Shown here in pieces: positions 24,151-34,800 of a stretch of DNA of 64,000 nt. Within the stretch, counting starts at the first letter, position 1, and every line of letters starts with the position of its first letter. The stretch is taken from IMG/VR virus record IMGVR_UViG_3300019124_000038, positions 1-64,000 of that record. One strand, 5' to 3'. The notes under the pieces were generated by a model. The model was not told where the DNA came from and made no database searches. It saw nothing but the letters and a program-made list of their open reading frames with translations. This stretch comes from a virus. The position numbers and the translations under genes are program-made.

Positions 24151-24897
24151 ATGACTGCATCATCAAACATGAACGATCTCGAAAAGCATCTGCAACGGTT
24201 GGCTGATGAGGTATTCGCGAACCGTGCTGTCATGGAGAAGTTCGCGATTGAAGTCACAGATGTCATGCAGGAAAATGTTTTGAAGTCTATGGGTAATGGT
24301 CGAAATGATTGGACTCAATCTGGCGATCTGAAATGGGCTATCGAGCGAGACGCTGGCGGCTTTAAGTTTAATAAGCGAACTATTCAAATTGGGTTCGGTC
24401 AGCTAGATCATATGAACCAGACAAAGCGGGCGGCGCAACGCGCCAGTTTTCTTCTTCAACTGAAGACGAAGAAAGAGGGTGCAAAACGCGCTACCCGTAA
24501 GGGCGTATGGGTCAATCTGAGATTCAAGCCCGAAAAAGAACTTCCAACTTGGTTAATTGCTGAGTTTGGTCGGAGTGGTAGTGCTACGAAGGCTGGAGGG
24601 AAAATTCCCAAAGACTTTATGGTGAACTACACTCCGCGCCCTGAGAAGAATATTCTTATTGGCCCTTCTGGTAAAACAGTGGGGCTTCGAAAGCAAATCT
24701 TCTTCATGGCTACGCGTAAACGAGCATTGGAGATGGTTCCGCGAACAAGACTCCGCACTCATCGTGGGATTGAGGAGGGTCGCATTTTCCGTAGAGGTCT
24801 TTCCACTTCTAAGAATAGAATTTTTGAGGTTATGGGGAATGCAATTCATGCTTCACTACGAGACTTTGCAATGAGAAATGGAGGTAAAGTGCAATGA
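24151..24897 (+). CDS. basic neck/tail-completion protein (probable)
   Basis: synteny; SG.L...I and H.G motifs. Confidence 0.55.
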   Translation: MTASSNMNDLEKHLQRLADEVFANRAVMEKFAIEVTDVMQENVLKSMGNGRNDWTQSGDLKWAIERDAGGFKFNKRTIQIGFGQLDHMNQTKRAAQRASFLLQLKTKKEGAKRATRKGVWVNLRFKPEKELPTWLIAEFGRSGSATKAGGKIPKDFMVNYTPRPEKNILIGPSGKTVGLRKQIFFMATRKRALEMVPRTRLRTHRGIEEGRIFRRGLSTSKNRIFEVMGNAIHASLRDFAMRNGGKVQ

Positions 24898-25574
24898 GAC
24901 TAACACGGCTTGTCGAGCTATCCTTGTTTCATAGGGTACAGGATGTTCTTGCCGTCAAGAAGACGGGAGAGGTGGCGAAGAGTGCAGACTTTTTAACATA
25001 CAAGCTCAAATATAGAAATGTACAGCCACAATATCCCGTAGTGGTCTATGTGAACGGAGTTCCGATTGCCGACTATAAGTTGGACTATAACAATGGCATT
25101 CTTTCTTTTACGACAGCGAGATTGCCAGAGGATGTAGTTAAGGTTGACTACTACTACTGCCCAGTTATGGTTTATGACGAAGGTAAGAATCCTCTCGATG
25201 AAGACTTTTCTTATCCAGCGGTCGCGGTATACGAGGATGACAGAGAAGATCGTCCGTATGAACTTGGCAATTCACGCAAAGAGATTCGATCGACATGGGT
25301 ATTAGAAGTTTGGACAAGCCGTGGTGGAGAGCGTAATGACATTGTGGATGTACTTATGGAAATGTTCGATAGTCCTCTTGGTGTTATCGACTACAATGTC
25401 GCGTTCCCAATCCTAGAAGACGGAACACCTGACCCTACATTCGACAGAGATGCACAGTTAGTTGGCTATGCCATCTGCGATAGCATCAATTGTCACAAAG
25501 CTGGAAGTTTAGATATAGGAGATAAGCCAGCATATCTGGCTCAAATTTTTGTTGAACTTCTGGTGAACAGGTAA
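24894..25574 (+). CDS. tail terminator protein (probable)
   Basis: YPAVAV...PYELG...ERNDI; precedes tail tube gene. Confidence 0.6.
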   Translation: MRLTRLVELSLFHRVQDVLAVKKTGEVAKSADFLTYKLKYRNVQPQYPVVVYVNGVPIADYKLDYNNGILSFTTARLPEDVVKVDYYYCPVMVYDEGKNPLDEDFSYPAVAVYEDDREDRPYELGNSRKEIRSTWVLEVWTSRGGERNDIVDVLMEMFDSPLGVIDYNVAFPILEDGTPDPTFDRDAQLVGYAICDSINCHKAGSLDIGDKPAYLAQIFVELLVNR

Positions 25575-25611
25575 TGTTCCTATACACTAATTACGAAGGA
25601 GAGATTCTTTG

Positions 25612-27138
25612 ATGGCTAAGGCTACTCGCGTTCGCTACAACGGTATCGCACCGTTTATCGACGATACCCAAGCTAACCGTATCCAAGCTCTCGGTTCGTC
25701 TTCTCGTCTTACGACAGAAGATATTCGCGAACTTGGTACACTCAACATCGTTGAGATCGTAGATGATGTGCCACAAGTCGATATTTCTATCGACCAAAAC
25801 GAAAACGGCACAAACGATCTGCTCGGTCTCTTCGCGAACAAGGGCTATGGTTGTAACGTAGTCGCTGTTCCAACAGCTACAGAAATCGGCTCTGGCTCTA
25901 TCCGAGTTCGCGCTGGTTCTTACTACGCTGGCGGCGGCGAAGGCGTTCGTGTCCTGTTCGAAGGTGCAGTCCTTACCGTTTCTGGAACAGGCGACCAAGA
26001 GGTATTCCTGAATCCAGAAGTAACGGGCGGAGCTGTTGCAAAAGTGGGTGTTGCTTCTACTACCCCTGCTGGAGCAATTAAGATCGCTACTATCGCTGGC
26101 TCGGCTGTTGAAGCAGGTGTCATCACCCAAGCAGATATCACCGACACTCGACCATTCAAGACGGTTACTCCTCTTGATTTCGAGCTTGCGAAGGCTGATA
26201 TCTTTGTGCCAGTTAAACAATCTGGTAGCGGCGACAACATCAAGCGCACGATGTACATGGAACGCGCTTATGTCAATAACATTGATTTTAACTTTCAGAC
26301 AAACGGTAGTGCTACCGCAAACTTCCGTATGGAAACTGATAACAAGCGCTGGTTCCTCAACACAAAGGCACAGATCATCGTTGATAACTACAAGGCATCT
26401 GGTGCTACTGTCGTCTTAACACAAACTCCCGCTCAACTTGACAACGGCAACTACCTTCTCAAGCTGGTAGCTGGCGGCAAAGAGCTGAAAGAGGGAACAG
26501 ACTTCACGGTCAATGCTGGTACTAAGACTGTCACTTTCACGCCAGCACTTTCGGCAAATACTCTGGTTAAGGTTCGCTATTGCTCTGCTACTGGCGGCGC
26601 GTTCTTCGCTCCAGTACCAGCGATTGAGAATCCGCACCCAGAGCTTGCAGGTGGTCTGCGCGAAGGTCAAATCGAGCTGTATCTGAGTGATAATCTCAAT
26701 GAGCGCGTCGCCCGTGTACAATCCGCTCGAATCTCTCTGCCGCTGACCCGTGAACAACTGAAAGAACTCGGCTCCCTGCTTCCATACGACCGTCCAATGC
26801 AATTGCCTGTAACGCTGTCGGTATCGCTGGAACTCCGCGACTCTGACCTCGAACTCATGGCTCGACTGGCTGGTATGGATGTAGACACAGCAGATGAAAT
26901 TGCGATCACTGACCTTGTGAAGAACATGGGTCTGACAATCAAGCTGTATCGTGAAAACGATATCCAACGCGCAAAACTTCCTGCTGGACACCCTGATAAG
27001 TATGCGATTAAGACCTTCACAGTCACCAATCTCATTCCGCAAGGTGAGAACTGGGATGTCCGTGTCGATTCTGACGCTACTCAGACTTTCGAGTTCAATG
27101 CACACAACATCACCATCTCTGACGAGGTTACGCTGTAA
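25612..27138 (+). CDS. major tail (tube) protein
   Basis: RIQAL...IRELG and RVQS.....REQLKELG duplicated tube motifs; synteny. Confidence 0.7.
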   Translation: MAKATRVRYNGIAPFIDDTQANRIQALGSSSRLTTEDIRELGTLNIVEIVDDVPQVDISIDQNENGTNDLLGLFANKGYGCNVVAVPTATEIGSGSIRVRAGSYYAGGGEGVRVLFEGAVLTVSGTGDQEVFLNPEVTGGAVAKVGVASTTPAGAIKIATIAGSAVEAGVITQADITDTRPFKTVTPLDFELAKADIFVPVKQSGSGDNIKRTMYMERAYVNNIDFNFQTNGSATANFRMETDNKRWFLNTKAQIIVDNYKASGATVVLTQTPAQLDNGNYLLKLVAGGKELKEGTDFTVNAGTKTVTFTPALSANTLVKVRYCSATGGAFFAPVPAIENPHPELAGGLREGQIELYLSDNLNERVARVQSARISLPLTREQLKELGSLLPYDRPMQLPVTLSVSLELRDSDLELMARLAGMDVDTADEIAITDLVKNMGLTIKLYRENDIQRAKLPAGHPDKYAIKTFTVTNLIPQGENWDVRVDSDATQTFEFNAHNITISDEVTL

Positions 27139-27192
27139 AGCGTAACCCGTCTCTCTAACTTAATAGTGCGAAGGGAATAGGAGGGAAGGAAC

Positions 27193-27432
27193 ATGGCAAG
27201 TGGTGCTGATAAAGCGAAGCTGGAGCTTCTGGCTACTGATAGCATCAAAAAGGTATACAAGGACTCACTTTCAATTTTGGAGATGCTCGGTTTACCATCC
27301 GAACAATTCCAACGAGCGCGAAAGATGATTCTCAGGTCGGGTAACGATGAAATTCGCAAAGTCTTGGAAGAACTCGAAAAGTACGAGGTGACATATCACC
27401 CTCGATACAATGAAACCATCGAGTTTGAATAA
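27193..27432 (+). CDS. 79-aa hypothetical protein
   Basis: strong RBS; RKMILRSGNDEIR. Confidence 0.75.
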   Translation: MASGADKAKLELLATDSIKKVYKDSLSILEMLGLPSEQFQRARKMILRSGNDEIRKVLEELEKYEVTYHPRYNETIEFE

Positions 27433-27447
27433 GACTTACCCGATATT

Positions 27448-27473
27448 GGGAGTCGTCAGTGACGGCTCCTTTT
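27448..27473 (+). terminator. intrinsic terminator
   Basis: GGGAGTCGTCA/TGACGGCTCCT plus T-run. Confidence 0.8.
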
Positions 27474-27505
27474 GTATTATTAAAACATTCACACAAAGGT
27501 AGGGA

Positions 27506-28186
27506 TTGAAGATGGCTCGTAAAACAACTAATGCAAAGGCTACGGAAATGCCAGAAAAAGAACAGCGCGATCTGATGACCGAGATCAAAACTGGTCGGCG
27601 CGTATTTGACACGTCGCGGGGTCTGGTGCAAATCCGATTCCCGAAGGTCGAGGAAAACCGTCTTGCCGATTGGGAGTATACTCGGGTACTGACTCAGGCG
27701 ATTAAAGACGGCATTATGACCAATAAACAAATGCGACAGTTCATTGAGGAAAACGAACTCTGGACTGATGCTGATGAAAAAGAGATCGAAGCACTCAACG
27801 CAGAGATTGACAAGCAAATTGTAGTCCTTTCAAAAATGGGAGAGAACACGAAAAACGCCGACAAGGTTGAAGCGAAGATCAACGAGCTTCGTCAGCAAGT
27901 CTTCCAAAAGCAACAAGAGCGCCAAAAATTTTTCAACAACACAGCGGAAGCAAAGGCAGATGAATCAAAAATGTCCTTCTTGCTCTACAAGTGTTCGGAA
28001 GATGCTGAGACAAACAAGCCATTGTGGGAATCTTACGATGCTTTCAAGAACGAGGAAGACCAAGAGCTTGTGAATACCATCGTGTTCCAGTTCCTCACAT
28101 TCATCAACGGCTTGCCAGCGGACTTCCTTTCGTACCCTTCCGCTAGTAAGGGAGAAACAGAAGAGGACGAAGCTATCGAGGAGTAA
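27506..28186 (+). CDS. tail assembly chaperone, G-like part
   Basis: position between tail tube and tape measure genes. Confidence 0.65.
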   Translation: MKMARKTTNAKATEMPEKEQRDLMTEIKTGRRVFDTSRGLVQIRFPKVEENRLADWEYTRVLTQAIKDGIMTNKQMRQFIEENELWTDADEKEIEALNAEIDKQIVVLSKMGENTKNADKVEAKINELRQQVFQKQQERQKFFNNTAEAKADESKMSFLLYKCSEDAETNKPLWESYDAFKNEEDQELVNTIVFQFLTFINGLPADFLSYPSASKGETEEDEAIEE

Positions 28187-28351
28187 TCCAGTTCCAAGTT
28201 CGAGCTAGGTGAAACCGCTAGTGGGAATCCTTACAGTCAAATTTTCGACTGTAGCTCCCGTGCTTCCACCGTGCCCACAGCATTCATTGATGCTCGAACG
28301 GACGGCTAGATGAAAGACGATAGCTGATGACTCAACTGCCCGAACTGCGGA
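28187..28351 (+). other. structured RNA element between the two chaperone ORFs
   Basis: nested stems CAGTTC/GAACTG, GTTCGAGC/GCTCGAAC, GTGGG/CCCAC, TACAGTC/GACTGTA, GCTA/TAGC. Confidence 0.6.
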
Positions 28352-28364
28352 TGGGGTTCTTAGA

Positions 28365-28742
28365 ATGATTGCGCGGGGGCATGGAGAGGTAGGGGCTGAA
28401 TGGAGAGCAAGATGGAGAGCGTCTACCAAAACAAGTAGCCCGCTATTCGAAGGGGTTACGACAGACTGGAACATCAATCAGGTCGCGCTAGTCTTCTGGA
28501 GCAATTTCTATGACAACATCTACGAACATCCAGAAAGACCAGAACAGAAAATTATAGACAATGACGATCTGTTGGACAAATGGGTGGAAGATCAAGCGAA
28601 GAAGATGGAAGAGAACAGCCGCAAGAACAGTAAGAGGTACAAGAACGCTACGAACACTCTCGACTATGACGAAGTTATCGTGTTCGATGAAACGATCATC
28701 GAAGAGGAATACGACGACGAGGAAGAGGAGGAGTGGGATTAA
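28365..28742 (+). CDS. tail assembly chaperone, T-like part
   Basis: EWRARW...YDNIYEHPERP...DDLLDKW; immediately before tape measure gene. Confidence 0.65.
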   Translation: MIARGHGEVGAEWRARWRASTKTSSPLFEGVTTDWNINQVALVFWSNFYDNIYEHPERPEQKIIDNDDLLDKWVEDQAKKMEENSRKNSKRYKNATNTLDYDEVIVFDETIIEEEYDDEEEEEWD

Positions 28743-28802
28743 GGGGGGATTGGAGTAGTGTGCTCTGCTCCCCCATTTTCATTTAGCTAGGAGGTAGTCA
28801 GT

Positions 28803-31800
28803 TTGGCTAACGACTTTAAGTATATTATTAATACCGAGTTAAAACTGAATACTGCTTCGGTTAAGGCATTGATCGAGGAGGTTAAGGCTGTTGACGGTGA
28901 GCTGAAACGAGCACTGTCTGGCAATAAAGCTCCGAAAGTAAATGTCACAGCGAAGCTAAAACTCGAAGAGAACGCGGCTCAATCGTTAGCTCAACAGATC
29001 GGAACCGTCACAGCTAAGGTGCATCTGCGGCTAGAAGAAGCATCATTGCGTCAGATTGTAAACGATGTTCGCAACTCACTCCAGAATATCGGCGTGAATC
29101 TGAATGTTGGAACAAATGCTGGACAGGCAACAGCTCCTGTGGCTTCAACTGGGCGACGCTCTCTTCGTGATGTTCGTGCGGCACAAGCAAATGGTCAGCC
29201 CCTGAGTGTGCAAGATGAGGAACGACTGCTTCGCATTCAAGAGCGTCGTCTTCGTATCAAGCAACGCGAAATCGCAATTGATCGCGAACTGAATGGTACT
29301 CCTACTCAGTCTCAACGCTTCAAGATTGAACAACGGCAACTTCGCGATGCAGAATTGGCACAACGCAGACAAGAACGCGAAGCAGAGCGTGTAGAGAGCC
29401 GCAGACTTCGTGAGGTAATGCAAGCTCGTCTCCGCACTGAGAATCAAGACAATTGGAAGCTCACAAGACAGTGGGGAGAAGCCAAAACTTTCCGCATTAA
29501 GCAACTGAACACCCCAACAGGTACAGTTAGCCAACTTCCAATTAATCACCCTGTTCGCACTCTAGACCGTGAAGTCAAGGCGGCGTATAATGCGCGTGTT
29601 AAACAATACGAAGAAATGTTCAAAGAACTTGATAGGGTGCTTGCAGAAAGCCCAACTTCCAAGACTGCTCTGAATCGCCAAGTCAAATACATTAGCCCTC
29701 AATATCTGAGACAAATTCGTGAACGCCAGATGCAAGAGGAGCAATATGCAAATGACTGGAGAAATGCGGAGCAACTGAGAAGTCAGCAAGATCGTACTCC
29801 TTTGGGTGCGACTCGCCGACTCCCTGCAAGTCATCCTGTCATGTTGGCGATCAAGGAGCGTCGTGCGGCGCAAGATATGCAAACAAAACTCCTTGATCTC
29901 AATATCCCTCTGGCGCAAAAAACTGCGCTCATGCGTGATTACGACAAGACATTCTCTGATATTGCGAAGCAAGCAGGTATGTCATTTACTAAGTCGTTCA
30001 AGATTCAGCACCTGAATTCGGATGGAACGATTTCCGAACTTCGCACAGTAACGAAAGAATACCGCGCTAATGGTGAAGTAATTGACCGTAGCCAACGGTC
30101 AATGAATCATATGTTCCGCACGATGGGTCAAAACATCGTTATGTACAACATGATCGCTGGCGGTATTCGCAACATGACGCAAGCTCTGATGCAAGGCATC
30201 GTATACATGGCTGAATACGAGCAACAGTATGTTCGTTTGTCAACTCTCGTTCAAACTCGTAACATGGACATTGAGCGTCAAGATCAGGCTGGAACGAATC
30301 AGGCTGGTGCTGTAGCTATTGAGCAAAGCACACTGAAAGGTGATGTAAACTCTCTCGCTCGTAGATATGGCCTGAATCCTACAATGGATGTAATGCCACT
30401 CTATGGCGAACTGGTGAAGCGTAAGGATATCGCTCCTGATCGTGCTACAGCGACAAAAGTAGCAGAGATGATTATTCAGGCTGGATTCGTAGCTAAGAAT
30501 GGCAATCCTGATGGTGGCGATCTCCTGAAAATTTCTGCTGATGCAATGACTATCTATGCTAAGATGGCTCCTCAGTGGAAGAAGCAGGGATTAGACCCCT
30601 CTACAGAGTTCTCAAAATTCAACGACTTCCTCGCTTCTCTCAACGACCGTGGCGCGAAAATTGACGTTACCTATGACGCAATTCAAGGTCTTGGTGAGTA
30701 TGCAGGCCCCGGAAAGTTGAGCTTGAACAGACTCGGTGCTATTGTTGCTCGATCTTCTGCTTTGATGAATGATGCAACAGGCTCTGAGCTGGAGAATCGA
30801 CTGAAAATGTACTTCGCTAACATCCTCGACCCTGATAGCCCAACAGCTAAAATGGCTCGGGATTCTATCGGTATCAGCTTAGTCACTAATGGTCGCAAGA
30901 CTAACTTAGGACAAGCACTTGACCAAGTGGCAGACCGAATCAATGGAACCAACGGACAAGAGAAGGCTACTGATAAGGAAATCGAGATGTGGGCGCGTAA
31001 CCTTGCTTCTGCTTCAGGTAGCGGCGGGGGTCGTATGCTGGCTCAAATGATTTCTATGCTTAAAGCAACTGCTGATGCACCTAGAGCTGAAGCAGAAGCA
31101 AGCGTAGACTCAGAGGGCGCGGCGGCAAGAATCACTACCCGCTATATGGAGACTCTGAAAGGCTCGTTCCGCGAACTCATTTCAGAACTCAATATCTTGA
31201 TGCAAGAGCTTGGTGAGTCTGGACTTCTTGGATTCTTCAAGGCTCTGACGGACGCGGCTACAATGCTGGTTGGTGCTCTGAATACTGTACTCGGTACGTG
31301 GAACTCTATCGGTTCCGCTACACGGCAATTCATGGGCATTAACATCACACAATTGATTGGCACACTCGCTGGTGTGGCTGGAGCGATTAAGCTAATTAGT
31401 TTTGCATTAAACAAGACTAGCATTGGGGCAAGCATTACGGCATTCGGCGCGAACCTTATCAATGGAGTTCGTAACCGTGGACAACTTCCAGCTACGAACC
31501 GTGGCGGCTACATCGGAAATACGGCGGGTAACTTCGTAGGAAATCTTCTTGGCGAACGAATTGCTAACCGAATGGCGGTGCGTGAAGCATCTACTGCGGC
31601 TGGTGCGGGTATTGCTGGATGGCTTGGTAGGGCTAGAGCTGGTACTGCAAACGCTTGGAGAACAGGTGTAGCGGGGGCAAGTTCTGCTGGCGTGATGGAT
31701 ATAATCGTAGGTGGTCTTGGAGGTCTCGGTAAGGCGGCATGGAACCTAATGGGCATCTTCGGTCGCCTGACACTGGTAACTGGTGCGGTCATTACTGCAT

Positions 31801-34800
31801 GGCAATTAGGCTCTTACCTGATGAAGCGGCAGAATGAAATTCAAAAAAATAACATTCAGGAGTTTGCTTCTCAATTCACTTCCGCTGAATCGGAAGCAGA
31901 ATTCAGAAAGAAACTGGATGAGTTCTTAGTACTGGATAAGAAAGTGTTCAGTGTAGACCCGAACAATCAACCTACTGAAGAAGAGCGTAGAAGATTCGGA
32001 GAGCTTACAGATGAGATGCGTAAATCTGGTATCTCTTTTGAAGGCCCTCATATGTATTCCTACACTACACAGGATGGAAATAAAGTAAACTTCCGTAGTG
32101 GAGATCAATCTGCCTATGATAGACTGGTAGAAGACGGGCGCAAAGCTGGTAGAATTAGAAGCGAAGAAGATAGACCATTCGAACGATCTGTACAGGCTTA
32201 CATGAATATGGGAGCCGTTATGGACGGTCTGCGTAGACTCGGAGAGGTTGTTCAAGACGCAGATCGCTACGCGAAAATCGCTTCTTCGGGCAATGACTTC
32301 CGCTTTATGGGTGCTACCAACTCATCGGCATACTACTCTGCCCAAATGGGTGTACACACGAATGCTTTGCAACAACTAAGTGGCGGATACTCAGCTCTGC
32401 AAAATGATAAGCGAATGATCGACTCTACCCTGATGAACCTTGACTCTGACCTCGCGGCAATTCAAGGGAAAACAAATCCGAAGTTCGTAGAAGAAATCAA
32501 CGCAAAGTTTACAGAAATGAAGAACGCTGGTCAAGAAGCTCAATTCCTTGATAGCTACCAAGACTACGAGACCGAAGAAGGCAGAGCTAAAGCGGCTTAT
32601 GCCCTTGCGAAGTACAACAAGGAAATGGCGGCTAAGGCGACCCAAGGCATCCAAGAAGAGATCGACAAGACTAATCAGTCGATCATTGACCATGTAACAA
32701 AACTCAAAGACATGCACTCACAATATGTGCAAGCATCTGCTGGCGTTCAGCTCTTTGAGCAAGCTCTAAAAGGTGTTCGAACAAACATCACAGCGGCACA
32801 AAACCTCATGAACGCAATCCAAAACCCTGAGCGTAGAGTCAAGCAAGGCGCGACAGTGTTTGGCATGATGATCCAAGAGGTCGGACTGCTCGATCAAGAA
32901 CTTGGTTCAATCCAAGCGAAAATGGCAGAATTGCAAAGTACTGGTCAAGATTTCTCAATCAATGCACTCTACAACCCGAACTCAGAAGGTCTATCTGCTG
33001 AACAAGCGGCATACAAGGGTCTTCTGGAGAAGCGTCAGGAGGTTGAGTCAACCCTTCAATCATCTGTAGCCGCTCAACGCGAAATGCAGGAGCAAATGGT
33101 ACAGCTTGTAATGTCAACCGACAGATACAAGGACATGTGGGACAGTGTACAAAGCCGTCTTGAAATGATTCGGGGTATGGCGAAAGAGATTCGAGACTTG
33201 CAAAATCAAGAGATCGTCAATGCTTCAATGAATGGCATCCGTTCACGTCTGTTGGGTCAAACATTTGACGCTAATGGCGAAGCTAAATCACAGTATGAGC
33301 AACTGCGAGACGCGCATCTCTCGAATGTCGAAAAGCTCCAAAAGGCTCGACTTGAATCTGGTCAAGATGCTGAGAAGTTGAAGCAAGCAATTGATGAGAT
33401 CAACTCGAATACTCGCGACCAAATGAAGAGTGCCATCATTGACCCAATGAAGAACCTCATTAGGAATGACCTTAGCGACGCTATTAAGCGTCAACAGGAC
33501 GCAAGCGAGGAACTTAAAAAAGGAGCAGAGTTCTTTGACCAATCGGCACAAGAACTGCTGACAAAACTCCAAAGTGTCAAGATTACCGTTAGCTCAGATG
33601 GTAAGACAGTTTCCTTCAGAGACGGCACTTCTACTGCTTCCAGTATGACAACAGATTCCAATAATTCATATTGGGATAATGCTAACTGGGATGACCCTGA
33701 AGTGCAGAAGCGTTACAAGCGTCAATTGAACAAGGAAGAGAGCGACAAAAAGGCTCTTGACCTGTCATTTGGTGGCGGTCAAAAAGACTTTGTTGAGAAG
33801 ATGGCTCCATATGCTTCTATGGCTTCACAGAAGACAGGGCTTCCAATGGACTATATTCTAACTCAATGGGGTCTGGAATCTGGTTGGGGAACCTCGGCGG
33901 CAGTACAGCAGAACAACAACTTTGCTGGTATTAAGCCTTGGGGTAACTACCGTGGAAGTGCGGCAAATCCAACTTATGCGGCATACTCAACAGTCGGTGA
34001 TTTTGCGAATGGTTATGCAGACTTCTATTTGCAAAACTCACGATACAACGGTCTTATCTCAGCGGCTAAGAGCGGTGCTGGTACTTCACAACTGTTCAAT
34101 ATCCTTGGAGGTACTGGATATGCAGAAGACCCTAACTACGCAAGTAAGCTGAGTTCTACTGCAAGCTATGTGCGTCAGTATATTCCAAGCTCATACGGCG
34201 TAGCAAATCCAAGTGCTACCGCTATCACACAAGATAACGGTGGGCTGGTGGTAAACGCTACTGGCTTAACAAACGAAGCTAACTCTGCGGAGGAAGCGGC
34301 GCGTCGTGATCAGGAGTACAAGCGCAAGGCGCAAATGTACGAAATGCAAGAACTCTTTGCTTCGTTCAGAGCGCAAGCAATGGCATTGGCGAACAATAGC
34401 GTGGAGTATGGCGTAAACAACCAGATTCGTGACGCAAAAGTACGCTACTCCATCACTGGAGCAAAATCAGAGTTGACTCTTGGAACATTCGATGCCTACA
34501 ACAGCGGGCGCGAGGAGATCGCCCGCAGAAAGGCAGAGAATGCTGAATACCTGAAAGTTCTGGAGAACGAGAAGAAATACCGTGAGTCTGTCAGCGCAGG
34601 GTATTATGCTGATGCCATGTCTACTGGTGACTACTCGCTCTACCACGCGAACTCAGAAGGTATCAAAATGTTCGGCGAGATGATCGAGACTCTGAAAAAG
34701 AACAACGAACAACTCGACGCTCTGAACAAGACCTACTCTGAACGGGCTTACTTTGACCCACGCTATAACAGCGGGGAAGCAAATAAAGAGATCAAATCTC

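Noticed and set aside
28187-28351. Hammerhead ribozyme or canonical group I intron
   Set aside because: CTGATGA and GAAA are present but stems I-III cannot be built; there is no room for P3/P8 between the P7-like strands
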